This document shows positions 38,748 to 48,514 of a stretch of DNA of 64,000 bases, one piece after another. The translations under genes were made by a program, and so were the position numbers. The stretch lies in assembly GCA_007571305.1 (NCBI GenBank), contig RKRR01000153.1:35441-99440 (forward strand), written 5' to 3'. Position 1 is the first letter of the stretch, and every line of letters begins with the position of its first letter. The notes beneath the pieces are model-generated. The model saw only the letters and a program-made list of their open reading frames with translations, was not told the DNA's origin and did no database searches. Origin of the DNA: Candidatus Poribacteria bacterium (GTDB lineage Bacteria > Poribacteria > WGA-4E > WGA-3G).

Positions 38748-39165
38748 AAGTTGTAGGGGTCGTCCCTACGGGAGTCGTTAAAATTAAAAAAACCTTCTCG
38801 TTCCGAACATGGAGACGAGAAGGGCATTTACACTTGCCTTACCGTGGTACCACTCCAATTCCCTTTCTCACTTTCATTCAAGGCATTAGACTGCAAAAGA
38901 GAAAAGGCACTCTTTGGGATGCGCTAACGGGCATCACACCGACTAATCCTACTGATGTCTTACAGACCGTTCAGATTAGCAACTCCAGGGCGACCTTGGG
39001 TCGTGGGAACTTGAGGAGATCTCTCAGCCTATGAACCTCCTTCTCTTGCAAGCCCGGACGACTTACTCCTCCCCTTCAACGCTTTTTAGGTAATCTATTG
39101 AGTTGTTAATTACGCACACCATTTTAATGAAGTTTCATGGGCGTGCTAAAAGGAATTATATGTTA
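38748..39165 (-). promoter_or_regulatory. T-box riboswitch-like leader of the ilvBNC operon
   Basis: The minus-strand sequence AAUUGGAGUGGUACCACGG (plus 38842..38860) is a close match to the T-box consensus AAUUAGGGUGGUACCGCGG. It lies just 5' of the terminator hairpin. The leader is about 400 nt, starts at a sigma70 promoter, and contains an AGAGA element. Confidence 0.5.
38786..38823 (-). terminator. intrinsic terminator/attenuator hairpin immediately upstream of ilvB
   Basis: On the minus strand, CCUUCUCGU-(13 nt loop)-ACGAGAAGG is followed by UUUUUUU, about 40 nt before the ilvB start codon. Confidence 0.6.
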
Positions 39166-39172
39166 CATTTTA

Positions 39173-39201
39173 AGTATAACACATCTGAACAGAGATGTCA
39201 A
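39173..39201 (-). promoter_or_regulatory. sigma70-type promoter (TTGACA-17 nt-TATACT) reading toward ilvB
   Basis: Consensus -35 and near-consensus -10 elements with a 17-nt spacer on the minus strand, between sod and the ilv leader. Confidence 0.5.
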
Positions 39202-39265
39202 GAAATTTAATTGAACCGTGTCCTTTTGAGCGGACAGCACAGCGAAGCAAGTGTGTTACTTTAGA

Positions 39266-39310
39266 AAGTAGAGGGTAGGTTTGAAACGTGCTTCACTCCT
39301 ACCCTACCAA
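39266..39310 (-). terminator. possible terminator hairpin downstream of sod
   Basis: An imperfect GGTAGGGTAGG...CCTACCCTCTACC stem on the minus strand. The U-tract is weak. Confidence 0.3.
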
Positions 39311-39333
39311 CATCTAAAGCGTGTTAAGGCAAG

Positions 39334-39939
39334 TTAGGCGTTTGCTATATAGAGCTCGTTGACTCGAGTCCAGTTGATAACGTTTGTCCATGCCTCAACG
39401 TAAGCTGGGCGTAGGTTCTGATATTTCAGATAATAGGCATGTTCCCAAACATCGATACCGAGAAGCGGGGTATGTCCCTGCATGATCGGGCTGTCCTGAT
39501 TCGCTGTGGAGTAGATTTCCAAGCCACTGTCGCCGAGAACAAGCCAGGCCCAACCGGAACCGAAACGTGTAGTTGCAGCAGTAACAAATTGTTCTTTCGC
39601 TGCCTCAAGTGATCCGAAGGTAGAGGTTATCGCAGCTGCTATCTCTCCGCCGGGTTCACCGCCATTGGGGCTCATGATAGACCAGAAGAGCGAATGATTG
39701 GCATGTCCGCCGCCGTTGTTGATAACAGCTTGACGTTTGTCTTCCGGGACCTGATCAAGATTACTGAGCAAGTCGTGAATATCCATGTCTGCGACACCAC
39801 CGAGTCCCTCTAAAGCAGTATTGAGGTTGGTGATATAGGCTTGATGGTGTTTACCGTGATGGATTTCCATCGTTTGTGTATCAATATGGGGCTCCAAAGC
39901 ATCGTGGGCATAAGGGAGCGCGGGTAATGTATGTGCCAT
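39334..39939 (-). CDS. Fe/Mn superoxide dismutase
   Basis: [32 protein letters not shown] and the C-terminal DVWEHAYY metal-ligand motifs are present. Confidence 0.9.
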   Translation of the reverse strand: MAHTLPALPYAHDALEPHIDTQTMEIHHGKHHQAYITNLNTALEGLGGVADMDIHDLLSNLDQVPEDKRQAVINNGGGHANHSLFWSIMSPNGGEPGGEIAAAITSTFGSLEAAKEQFVTAATTRFGSGWAWLVLGDSGLEIYSTANQDSPIMQGHTPLLGIDVWEHAYYLKYQNLRPAYVEAWTNVINWTRVNELYIANA

Positions 39940-40113
39940 TTAAAAATAGCCTCCTGTTTTATCTTTTCAAGATGTGCTTGCAGGTTGCAAGCTAACGGAT
40001 GTGCAAGCAACGTGCTTAAGATTTCGAGAAAGTATAGCAGATTCGGCAGAAGTGTGCAAGTTTTTTCTGAAGGGTTAGATTTTAAACCTCACGAGCGGGA
40101 ACTTTAAGCGGTG

Positions 40114-43100
40114 TTAGTCGTCTGACGGAGTTACTTCAGAGATTGCACCGACACGGCAGACGCGCTGATAACGACAGTAATTGCAGGGTTCCGTCTTATT
40201 TCTCGGCGTGATGGGTGTATCCCCTTCTGTTTCAGAATTGACAAATGTCTCAACACGCGTGATGAGGGGAAAGGTACCGTTAGATATGCTGTCTACGTAC
40301 TGTTGAACGTAACCACTGACGCGCACAAGTAGAGCATCAAAGACTGCATCATCCAACAGTTGACCGTTTCTTGAATTAACGGATCGCCAGTCTGTCCCGT
40401 TGTAATTTTCATAGACAATTCCATTTTGGGATTTCGTTCCGATACCGAGTTCAACTGTACATTGATCCAATCTGATTTTCTGATAGAGACCTGCTGCCGA
40501 GTCTAATTGTGCTTCCTCTCGTTCATCCAGTAATTTTGCGGCAATTTGAAGGTAGACCGGGAGTTGCAGGCTCCGTCCCTCAAGAATATCGCGCATTCTA
40601 ATAGTGGAGCCGCCGGTTTTATAGTCTATAATATTAAAGGAATCAATATCAATGCCGATGTCAATGCGGTCGATTTTACCTTTCATCTGCACGCCGCAGA
40701 TGCAAATTGATTTATCACAACTGAGTTCTGGATCTGATGGTTCATTCGATTGCCCAAAGTTAACTTCAAAGTAACGAGGCATAGTAGACAAATCATTGGC
40801 ACGTTCTGCTGTTAGCCACTTGCGCAATGCGACCCTCAACTTGTCTATGTCCGTTTCCCAAAAAAGATTGTTCTCACTAATAAGTTTCTCCTTCCGCCGA
40901 TTACGCTGTTCTTCCGCTTTCCGATTGAGCAGTGCATTTAATTGCGTTTCTGCGTCTTTAAAGGCTTCCTCGTCACATTGTCCGATAAGCGGCAGGCTTT
41001 GGTTGCGACGATTGTTGTGAAATTCAAAGATGACACTATGGAGTAAGGAACCTTTTTCACTACCGGATAATTCGTCCTCTGTTTCCTCATCTTTCGTACT
41101 GAACCTCAGCACTTCATTGACAAAATACTGAAATGGGCATTTGGCATAAGTTTCCAATTCCGTGACGGAATAGGTACACTGTCGCCGATTTTCCAAACGC
41201 TTTTGACTGGCAGTAGACAGCGTTTCAGCCGTTAGTATCCCTTCATAAGCCAAATGCTCATGTGTCTTTTCTCGACTTTTTTCAACCTTAACGACATGGT
41301 TTATGAGGGGACGCATCTCTGCAATTTCGGATGGGAATTCTCCATCGGAAGAGACAGGAGATGTCCATACGTGATCACCGTACCGACTGAGGAAACCGGT
41401 TACACTCCCCTGCGACGGATTCGGAACCTCCATCTCTTCAACAGTGGCGATCGCCTTTAATTGACCGAGAAAAGGGGACGGGATCAGTTCCGCTTCACGT
41501 TCGCGCTTTGGCGTGAGAAGATAGAGACGTTCCCGAAAAGATTTGAGGACTCGATAGAATATGAAGCGGTCATCGTGTAATTGCTCTTCTTCGGTGCGGT
41601 AAGGGGTTTCTGGTAACAACGGATCTGGACGATAATTTGCTGGAAACCTACCCTCTACAAAATCGCCTAAAAAAACAGTATCAAACGCCATGCTTCTGAG
41701 TTCACCGAGTTGTACAATCTTGACAGCCTCACCCTTTGTCGATGCTCTATTGCGATAATTTGTATGTCTCGCAATGCGAAGGAGTTTGTCAACATATTCA
41801 CGGAGGGGATACGATCCTTCCCCCTCCGATCTTAAAACGTTACAGAATTCCGTAACGATCCCCTTGAATAGGCGGTACGCCTCCATCTCGTTTTCAACAA
41901 TTTCACTACTTTTTTTTAACATCGAGTTTAGAATGCGTTGGACGACCTCACCTTTTTTGAGTAGGTCGTCAACATATCCCTGAAACTCGTTGGGATGGAA
42001 CATACGTGTGGGTGATGCCACCGGTTCAACCTCAGAGAAATAGGCATCGCCTAAGGGCGTTCGATCTGATGAGAGACGAGAAAAGATAGATTTGACGACT
42101 TCTGACTTTGTTAACGGCACATTTTCTATCAGTAAATAGGGGATCCCATAGGCGGGGAAGGTCTCAGCAATGCGCTGGTGGTAAGATCCGACACTGTAAT
42201 AGGTAACACAGATGTCACTCAGTTTGCAGTGCTTTTGTGAAACATGTTTTTGGATCAGGGACGCGATCTGCTCTACCTCTTCAGATCTATCAGCAGGTCT
42301 CAACATTTTAATCTTAGAATTGACCACTGAAGTTGTGGTGAGGGGCTCCGTTTTGAACAGGTTTTCGGCAAAATGTTTGTGTCGATCGGGATCCCGCTCA
42401 TAGTCGGGGTCGATAATGGCTTTCGCGTCGGTAAATCGCGAGACGAGGTCGCCAATATTTTTATAGAGTGCTCGGTTTTCTGGAACATAATCGGTACGAA
42501 ACCACATCTCTATATCGGGCATTTCGGCAATGCGTGTTAAGAGTTTGGTGTCGGCTATAGAAAGTACTGTAAACCCTTCAACAACAACAAGGTTAACTCG
42601 CGGAAATGTGCTTCGCAGAAACGCTGGCTCGAAACTGTTGGCGAGCTGCAGATGTTTTCCCTGTTCATCTACCCAACCCCCTTCAAGTTTAGTTTCATAA
42701 TGGCTATAAATGCGTTCAAGGTCAACCTGGGTTGGATTATTTGCTGTAATGTTCTCAGCTGCCTCACCACGTTCTTTAAAGTGGTTAATTTTATCTACAA
42801 TGACAGAAAGTGTGCTATCCGGTACAGAAATGTTTAAATTTGGTCGAAATGCATCGTAAGGGTGAGCATCGGGATCATCTGATTGCGAGTTCACAATTTC
42901 GTGAAGCCAGAGATTTTGGATTCCTTGGGAAATGTATGATTTTGCCGGCCGGATTTGGTTATGTAACCTTTGAATAAAACTTCCGACCGTATAGACGCGC
43001 AAATTAGCGACTGCACGGTTTGGGTGGTAACCGACCAATTCGCGCTGACGTTTCAGACGCGCGGAATCGGTCGGTACAATGATGAGGAAGGTGTTTGCGT

Positions 43101-43173
43101 CATTGTTCTGAATGCGGGTTTTAAGAATGTTTTCTATATTCTGCATTTGTTTCGCATCCGGGTGTCTCCCCAA
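40114..43173 (-). CDS. AddB-like PD-(D/E)xK nuclease superfamily protein with C-terminal Fe-S cysteine cluster
   Basis: At 1019 aa, the C-terminal RecB-type nuclease motif (IIDYKTGG) is flanked by C...C(x)2C(x)5C cysteines (CPFQY...CNYCRYQRVC). The N-terminal region is a degenerate helicase-like domain. There is only a 19-nt gap to the metG stop. Confidence 0.5.
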   Translation of the reverse strand: MGRHPDAKQMQNIENILKTRIQNNDANTFLIIVPTDSARLKRQRELVGYHPNRAVANLRVYTVGSFIQRLHNQIRPAKSYISQGIQNLWLHEIVNSQSDDPDAHPYDAFRPNLNISVPDSTLSVIVDKINHFKERGEAAENITANNPTQVDLERIYSHYETKLEGGWVDEQGKHLQLANSFEPAFLRSTFPRVNLVVVEGFTVLSIADTKLLTRIAEMPDIEMWFRTDYVPENRALYKNIGDLVSRFTDAKAIIDPDYERDPDRHKHFAENLFKTEPLTTTSVVNSKIKMLRPADRSEEVEQIASLIQKHVSQKHCKLSDICVTYYSVGSYHQRIAETFPAYGIPYLLIENVPLTKSEVVKSIFSRLSSDRTPLGDAYFSEVEPVASPTRMFHPNEFQGYVDDLLKKGEVVQRILNSMLKKSSEIVENEMEAYRLFKGIVTEFCNVLRSEGEGSYPLREYVDKLLRIARHTNYRNRASTKGEAVKIVQLGELRSMAFDTVFLGDFVEGRFPANYRPDPLLPETPYRTEEEQLHDDRFIFYRVLKSFRERLYLLTPKREREAELIPSPFLGQLKAIATVEEMEVPNPSQGSVTGFLSRYGDHVWTSPVSSDGEFPSEIAEMRPLINHVVKVEKSREKTHEHLAYEGILTAETLSTASQKRLENRRQCTYSVTELETYAKCPFQYFVNEVLRFSTKDEETEDELSGSEKGSLLHSVIFEFHNNRRNQSLPLIGQCDEEAFKDAETQLNALLNRKAEEQRNRRKEKLISENNLFWETDIDKLRVALRKWLTAERANDLSTMPRYFEVNFGQSNEPSDPELSCDKSICICGVQMKGKIDRIDIGIDIDSFNIIDYKTGGSTIRMRDILEGRSLQLPVYLQIAAKLLDEREEAQLDSAAGLYQKIRLDQCTVELGIGTKSQNGIVYENYNGTDWRSVNSRNGQLLDDAVFDALLVRVSGYVQQYVDSISNGTFPLITRVETFVNSETEGDTPITPRNKTEPCNYCRYQRVCRVGAISEVTPSDD

Positions 43174-43192
43174 AACCCCTCCTACTGGACAA

Positions 43193-45076
43193 CTATCTTA
43201 TCTGTGTGCCGAGGGGCATTTCTGTTTCGAGGGTTGCCAAAACTACGGAATCTCCGCTTCCCGCGAGAACCATGCCGTGTGATTCAACACCGCGAATAGT
43301 TGCGGGTTCTAAATTCGCGACGACGATTACCTGTCTACCCGCCAATGTTTCAGGTTTATAGTGTTCAGCAATTCCAGCGACCATCTGCCTTTTTTCAGTA
43401 CCGAGATCTACCTCCAATTTGAGAAGTCTATCAGCCCCTTCAATCGGTTTAGCACTGAGGATACGCGCCACCCGCAAATCTAATTTTTGGAAATCAGCAA
43501 AGGCAACAAGATTTGCCTCCTTCTGTTTCGGTTGCGTGGATTCTTTTGGCTGTTTCTGTTTCTGTTTTTTGATATCTATACGAGGAAAGATAGGTTCCCC
43601 TCTACCTACTGCCAACCCTACAGGTAAACGTCCCCATTCTGCAACGGCATCAAATTCCGCCAAGCCGATCTGTTTTTGAATCTTCTCAGCAGTGTCCGGA
43701 ATAAAAGGCGAGATCAGGACAGAAATGAACCGTAGTGCCTCTAAACTATTGTAAAGGATTGTGCCCATTCTCGATTTGGTCTCAAGCTTTGCGAGCGTCC
43801 AGACCTGTGTCTGTTGGACATACCGGTTGATGCGCCTCACAAATTCCCAGACGGTTTCCAATGCGGTATCAAACGCGAAAGAATTTATGTGCTCATCTAA
43901 CTTAGCCACTGTCGTCTGCGCCATCGCCGTGATTTCATCGTCAAATTCGCCGAAGGTTGTGGGTTCAGGAATACTTTCAAAGTTCTTATTGACTAAACCG
44001 AGAACACGGTTGAGTAGGTTCCCAAGGTCGTTCGCGAGATCGGCATTGTAGCGCGCGTGCAAACGAGCAGGCCGGTAATCGCCATCGTTACCGAAACTGA
44101 ATTCGCGCAGCAGGTAATAACGGAATGCATCCAATCCGTAGGTTTCGATGTCCGTGTCCATATCAATGGCGATACCCCGCGTTTTGCTCAATGCCTCGCC
44201 ATCCTTTGTCAGCCAGCCGTGCGCGACGACCTGCTTGGGAAGGGGTAGGTGAGTCGCCATCAGCATTGCGGGCCAGATCAGGGCATGAAAACGGGTAATG
44301 TCCTTTGCCATTATATGAACATCAGCGGGCCAAAAAGTATGGTATTGATCGCTATCAATTTCATAACCGAGTGCTGTCATATAATTCATCAACGCTTCGA
44401 TCCAGACGTAGACGATATGCTCAGGATCGAATGGTAAAGAGATGCCCCATGAGACAGAAGAGCGGGATATGCTTATATCCTCCAATCCGGAATCGAGTAC
44501 GCTCAAAAGTTCATTACGTCGAGCTGCGGGGTAGACAAAGTCTGGGTTCTCGTGGAAATGCTCGAGTAAGCGATCTTGGTACTTGGAAAGTCTAAAGAAA
44601 TAGTTCTCTTCTTCGAGCCATTCCAAAGGCAGTTTATGAATCGGACAGATCTTTTCGTCTGTCAACTCTTTTTCAGGAACAAACCGCTCACACGGGCGGC
44701 AATAATGTCCTTCATAAGAGCCTTTGTAGACATCGCCGCTGTCGTAAAGAGCAGTGAGAAATTTCTCCGCGCCGCGCTTGTGCATATCACTTGTCGTCCG
44801 CATGAAAATGTCGTGCGAGATATTCAACCGTTTCCAAAGTTCGATAAATATAGGTGCCATTTTGTCGCAATAATCTTGGGGGGCAAGACCTGCATCTTCA
44901 GCGGCTTTATGTATATTTGCACCGTGTTCATCAACACCAGTAAGGAAGAAAACATCATTACCTTTGAGACGGTGATAGCGCGCCAAAGCATCAGCGACGA
45001 TAGTGGTATAGGCGTGTCCTGCGTGTGGTTCGCCGTTTACGTAGTAGATGGGCGTGGTAACATAAAATGCACTCAT
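43193..45076 (-). CDS. metG: methionine--tRNA ligase with C-terminal tRNA-binding domain
   Basis: The HIGH motif (GEPHAGHAYT), KMSKS-type region, zinc knuckle and C-terminal EMAP-like domain are present. Confidence 0.9.
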   Translation of the reverse strand: MSAFYVTTPIYYVNGEPHAGHAYTTIVADALARYHRLKGNDVFFLTGVDEHGANIHKAAEDAGLAPQDYCDKMAPIFIELWKRLNISHDIFMRTTSDMHKRGAEKFLTALYDSGDVYKGSYEGHYCRPCERFVPEKELTDEKICPIHKLPLEWLEEENYFFRLSKYQDRLLEHFHENPDFVYPAARRNELLSVLDSGLEDISISRSSVSWGISLPFDPEHIVYVWIEALMNYMTALGYEIDSDQYHTFWPADVHIMAKDITRFHALIWPAMLMATHLPLPKQVVAHGWLTKDGEALSKTRGIAIDMDTDIETYGLDAFRYYLLREFSFGNDGDYRPARLHARYNADLANDLGNLLNRVLGLVNKNFESIPEPTTFGEFDDEITAMAQTTVAKLDEHINSFAFDTALETVWEFVRRINRYVQQTQVWTLAKLETKSRMGTILYNSLEALRFISVLISPFIPDTAEKIQKQIGLAEFDAVAEWGRLPVGLAVGRGEPIFPRIDIKKQKQKQPKESTQPKQKEANLVAFADFQKLDLRVARILSAKPIEGADRLLKLEVDLGTEKRQMVAGIAEHYKPETLAGRQVIVVANLEPATIRGVESHGMVLAGSGDSVVLATLETEMPLGTQIR

Positions 45077-45126
45077 CGTATTTCCTTTTTAAGGTTCTGA
45101 TTTAGGGTTCGTTGACTAATTTTAAA

Positions 45127-45154
45127 ATTATACCATGAGAAAACGGTATGTAAA
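45127..45154 (-). promoter_or_regulatory. sigma70 promoter with extended -10 (TTTACA-16 nt-TGGTATAAT) upstream of metG
   Basis: Minus-strand reading of the 45127..45154 region. The TATAAT is perfect, with a TG extension. Confidence 0.5.
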
Positions 45155-45205
45155 TATTTTGTGTGATTGCTCCTCATTAAACGACAAGGCGTTTTTGAAA
45201 AACTT

Positions 45206-46387
45206 TCAATCTTTTTTCAAAATAACAATTCTATTGCTGTTTGTGCCTTTTTGGTTATTGGAGATCCCCCAACAATTCGCAGTTTTTGTGAAATGTTGTG
45301 TGTTAATCAGGAGTTCTTCAGGGATAAGTTCGGCATCCAATGATGCTTTGGCAACAGCGTTTTCCAAAAAAACGGTTCCATTTTTGACTTCACCCACTTC
45401 AAATGCAATTCTGCCTCCGAGTTTCAATATCCGTCGCAGCTCTATAAGGACATTTGTCATTCGATCGACCCAATCCTCCAGCGACTTTAATTGCCAAATT
45501 TTACCTTGTTCAATCTCTATATCACAAAACCACATCCGTAACCAGTTGTCTTGCATATAGTCAATGGTATCAAGAAACGGAGGCGAAGTGACAACCAAAT
45601 CGACCGACTCATCCTCAATTTGGAAGGTTCTGTCGGCGGATTCAGTGAGAAGCAGAGCGTCCTCTTGCCAAAAATGCTCCGGTAGATTGTGCCTCAACAA
45701 CTGTTTGGATTTTCGGTGTATCAGTGTCTTCGTATCCCGATATTCAGGTTTCAGATTTCGTTTCTCGTTGATTTTCCGTTGGGAAGCCACTGAAGCCGCA
45801 AGGTTCGGTGGAAGCGTGAAGACTGAGAAAAAACCGGATGAATGTCCTGTCAGGCGACTACACGCGACCATTTGTAACCAAGCATCAACAGTGTTAAGTT
45901 GTTTCTGTTGAAAATGGCTTCGCCATCCGTAAATTTCTTGTAGTGTGTCTTCGTGAAAGAAGACAAGAAGTTCTTTATCTATTTCTTCATGAATAGAGAG
46001 GTTAATTTCCTGCAACCGCTTTTCGATCTCTGCTAACGTCGGTGGATTGAGCCGAGGGTAAGTGAGAATTTTAGACAACGGATTCACATCATTGCCGATG
46101 ACACGGTGCCCGTGCAGTTGTGCCTCTATCAACGTTGTTCCGCGTCCCATAAACGGGTCATAAATTACAGATTCCGACTTGCAAAACTTTCTGATGAAAT
46201 ATGCTGGTAACTGCGGTTTGTAACAGGCGCGATATGAAATTTCGTGAAGGGAGTGTCCAGCGCGTTGTTTTGCTGTCCAAAACTCATCTACATGTGTAGG
46301 GAGGTCAATCGTATAATCGTTGGGTCTGTTAAAATCAAGGGCTAATTGCATCATAACACTGGATGATCTCCCCAGGCAATGGATCAA
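45206..46387 (-). CDS. site-specific DNA methyltransferase (N6-adenine/N4-cytosine type)
   Basis: The AdoMet motif DPFMGRGTT and catalytic motif VVTSPPF are present. No adjacent endonuclease gene was found. Confidence 0.65.
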   Translation of the reverse strand: MIHCLGRSSSVMMQLALDFNRPNDYTIDLPTHVDEFWTAKQRAGHSLHEISYRACYKPQLPAYFIRKFCKSESVIYDPFMGRGTTLIEAQLHGHRVIGNDVNPLSKILTYPRLNPPTLAEIEKRLQEINLSIHEEIDKELLVFFHEDTLQEIYGWRSHFQQKQLNTVDAWLQMVACSRLTGHSSGFFSVFTLPPNLAASVASQRKINEKRNLKPEYRDTKTLIHRKSKQLLRHNLPEHFWQEDALLLTESADRTFQIEDESVDLVVTSPPFLDTIDYMQDNWLRMWFCDIEIEQGKIWQLKSLEDWVDRMTNVLIELRRILKLGGRIAFEVGEVKNGTVFLENAVAKASLDAELIPEELLINTQHFTKTANCWGISNNQKGTNSNRIVILKKD

Positions 46388-46582
46388 TTGACTATATTAT
46401 TTTCCCATAGTGGGTTCCAGCCTCCAAAAGCTCGCGGCTCGCAGAAACTTCAAGTCTCATATTTACAGCAGTTATCGGTTCAAGAAAACCTAACCGAATT
46501 GCATCACCGTGAGAGACGAACAAAAACAGAGTAATAGGTTTCAACTCGTGGTAGTTCTACCGACAACAGGTTTAGATAGTAT

Positions 46583-46728
46583 AACCCAAGTTGCTATTCA
46601 CAAGATTTTAGGCATCCCTCCCATTTTTCGCTGAATTCGGAGGCATTTCGTAGCGTAGGAAACCGTGAGTCTGCGTGCTTAAGATGCACACCCTAACAGG
46701 TGATGCTACAGAACTGGCAACTTGGATT
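46583..46728. mobile_element. MITE-like element copy (TIR AACCCAAGTTGC / GCAACTTGGATT) with 5-bp direct repeat AGTAT
   Basis: About 88% identical to the 36878..37037 copy. It has the same internal hairpin module (GCACACCCTAACAGGTGATGCTACA). AGTAT flanks both ends. Confidence 0.6.
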
Positions 46729-46814
46729 AGTATATCATAAAGCCCCAAAGAATGCAATGCCTCTTTCGAGGCAATCTGGCATGCCAGAGACCATAAGTGC
46801 ACAGACCTGTTTCT

Positions 46815-47804
46815 CTAAAACGCTTTGAGTAACTTTAAACACATTACCTCTAAAGCTAAAGTAGCATTCGTATTTGTGTTGTCAAGGAGGGATTTGGTGT
46901 CAAAGACGGTTTGGATGGCTTGCTGTATGCGCAAGCGAGAATAGTATGGAACAATGGCACGAAGCTCGTCAATGGAGTAAATGTGCGTTATTAATTCGTT
47001 GGGCGCGCCTTGTTGTAGGAGGAGTAAGTCTCGATACCACGTGACCAATTCGCCTAAAGTTTCGGGATTATTTTTAAAGTCTTCGGCAAGCCTGAAAGCG
47101 GCTAATCGATCTGTCTCTCTCAAAATTTCTGGGACTTTCTCTGTGAATGAATCACCTTTTTCAAGCTGCGTGAGTGCCGTGCCGATTGAACCTCTTGCTG
47201 CAATTGCGAGTGCTGTCGCTTGCTCTGGTGCGACCGTAAACCGATTCATCAGGATCTCTGCTAGTTCCTGCGTCGGCATCGGGTGAAATTGTAGAATTTG
47301 GCATCGGGAACGTGTTGTCGGGAGCAGGGCTTGAGCATTTGATGTGAGCAAAATTAAAACGGATGCAGCAGGTGGTTCCTCAAGCGTCTTGAGCAAGCAG
47401 TTCTCAGCTTCTGGATTCATCCGATCTACATCTGTCAAAATGTAGATCTTCCGACTAGCTTCGAGGGGTTCATAGATAACTTGTCTTTGTAACTCTCGGA
47501 TCTGTCCTATTTTCAGGAAACTACCCTCAGGTCGAATGAACTGTAGGTCAGGATGGTTCCCTGAATCTACCTTTCGACAGGCGAGGCATGTTCCACAAAC
47601 TGTGGGTGGTTGTGCCTCTTGTTGACAGAAGATTAATTGTGCAAAATAGTGGGCAACCGTCTCCTTGCCGACTCCTGCCGGTCCGACGAAAAGATACGCG
47701 CCGGCAATACGGCCTGATGCGGCAGTACGCTGGAGTTGCTCGATAATCTGCTCATGCCCAATAATTGAATTCTGCACTTTTTCCTCCAAGACGAGAGAAT
47801 CCAT
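46815..47804 (-). CDS. holB: DNA polymerase III subunit delta'
   Basis: AAA+ clamp-loader motifs are present (GAYLFVGPAGVGKETVA, zinc-module CGTCLACRK, SRCQ sensor). Confidence 0.8.
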   Translation of the reverse strand: MDSLVLEEKVQNSIIGHEQIIEQLQRTAASGRIAGAYLFVGPAGVGKETVAHYFAQLIFCQQEAQPPTVCGTCLACRKVDSGNHPDLQFIRPEGSFLKIGQIRELQRQVIYEPLEASRKIYILTDVDRMNPEAENCLLKTLEEPPAASVLILLTSNAQALLPTTRSRCQILQFHPMPTQELAEILMNRFTVAPEQATALAIAARGSIGTALTQLEKGDSFTEKVPEILRETDRLAAFRLAEDFKNNPETLGELVTWYRDLLLLQQGAPNELITHIYSIDELRAIVPYYSRLRIQQAIQTVFDTKSLLDNTNTNATLALEVMCLKLLKAF

Positions 47805-47889
47805 GGTGATTTAGAGATCGCTCCCACATACTAACAGGCAGACACCTTTAATTTCTGCGGTGCTAACAGTCTCCGTCCGGAGCCCTTAC

Positions 47890-48504
47890 CTACCATGTGT
47901 AATCTTGATATTCTGCGAAAACCTCGGCGTGAATAGCATCTGACGACTGTGTAGCGTCTATCAATTTGATCCGATGTGGGTTCGCCTTCGCGACGGATAG
48001 GTATCCTGTGCGAACCTTTCGGTGAGATTCCAACGATTCTTTGTCCAGCCGGTCGCGAACTATCTCTGCGTGTTGCTGGCGTGATACCCCCATCTCTGGA
48101 GGTAGGTCAAGGATAAAGGTGATGTCAGGGGTTAAACCGCCAGTAGCAATGTGATTTAATTGGTGAATAAACGAAAGGTCAATGCCGCCGCGATAGCCTT
48201 GATAAGCCACCGAGGCATCAATAAACCTGTCACAGATGACAGTCCTATTTGCGTCTAACGCCGGGCGTATCAGTTCATCTACGTGTTGTGTGCGTGCAGC
48301 GGCAATGAGAAGCAGTTCTGTCATGGGTGTTATGTCGTCCGATGCCAGAAAAATGTCGCGTATCCGTTCAGAAATGTGCGTACCACCAGGTTCACGGGTG
48401 AGCACAACGTCCGGTCCCAGCGCGGTTGCCAAACGTTCTGATTGCGTCGTCTTACCTGACCCTTCTATGCCTTCAAATGTAACAAAAATTCCGCGTCGTG
48501 CCAT
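47890..48504 (-). CDS. tmk: thymidylate kinase
   Basis: The P-loop GIFVTFEGIEGSGKTTQ and a DRF-like motif are present. The start is at the internal ATG (MARRGIF) to avoid overlapping the upstream gene. Confidence 0.85.
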   Translation of the reverse strand: MARRGIFVTFEGIEGSGKTTQSERLATALGPDVVLTREPGGTHISERIRDIFLASDDITPMTELLLIAAARTQHVDELIRPALDANRTVICDRFIDASVAYQGYRGGIDLSFIHQLNHIATGGLTPDITFILDLPPEMGVSRQQHAEIVRDRLDKESLESHRKVRTGYLSVAKANPHRIKLIDATQSSDAIHAEVFAEYQDYTW

Positions 48505-48514
48505 TTTCCTCTCT

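Noticed and set aside
38900-39160. A leader-peptide attenuator for ilvB (small ORF MVCVINNSIDYLKSVEGEE on the minus strand)
   Set aside because: The ORF has only a few branched-chain residues and no ribosome-binding site. The T-box-like motif next to the terminator explains the architecture better.
44576-45100. A 174-aa plus-strand ORF at the 5' end of metG
   Set aside because: It is antisense to metG and extends into the metG promoter. It has no motif support.
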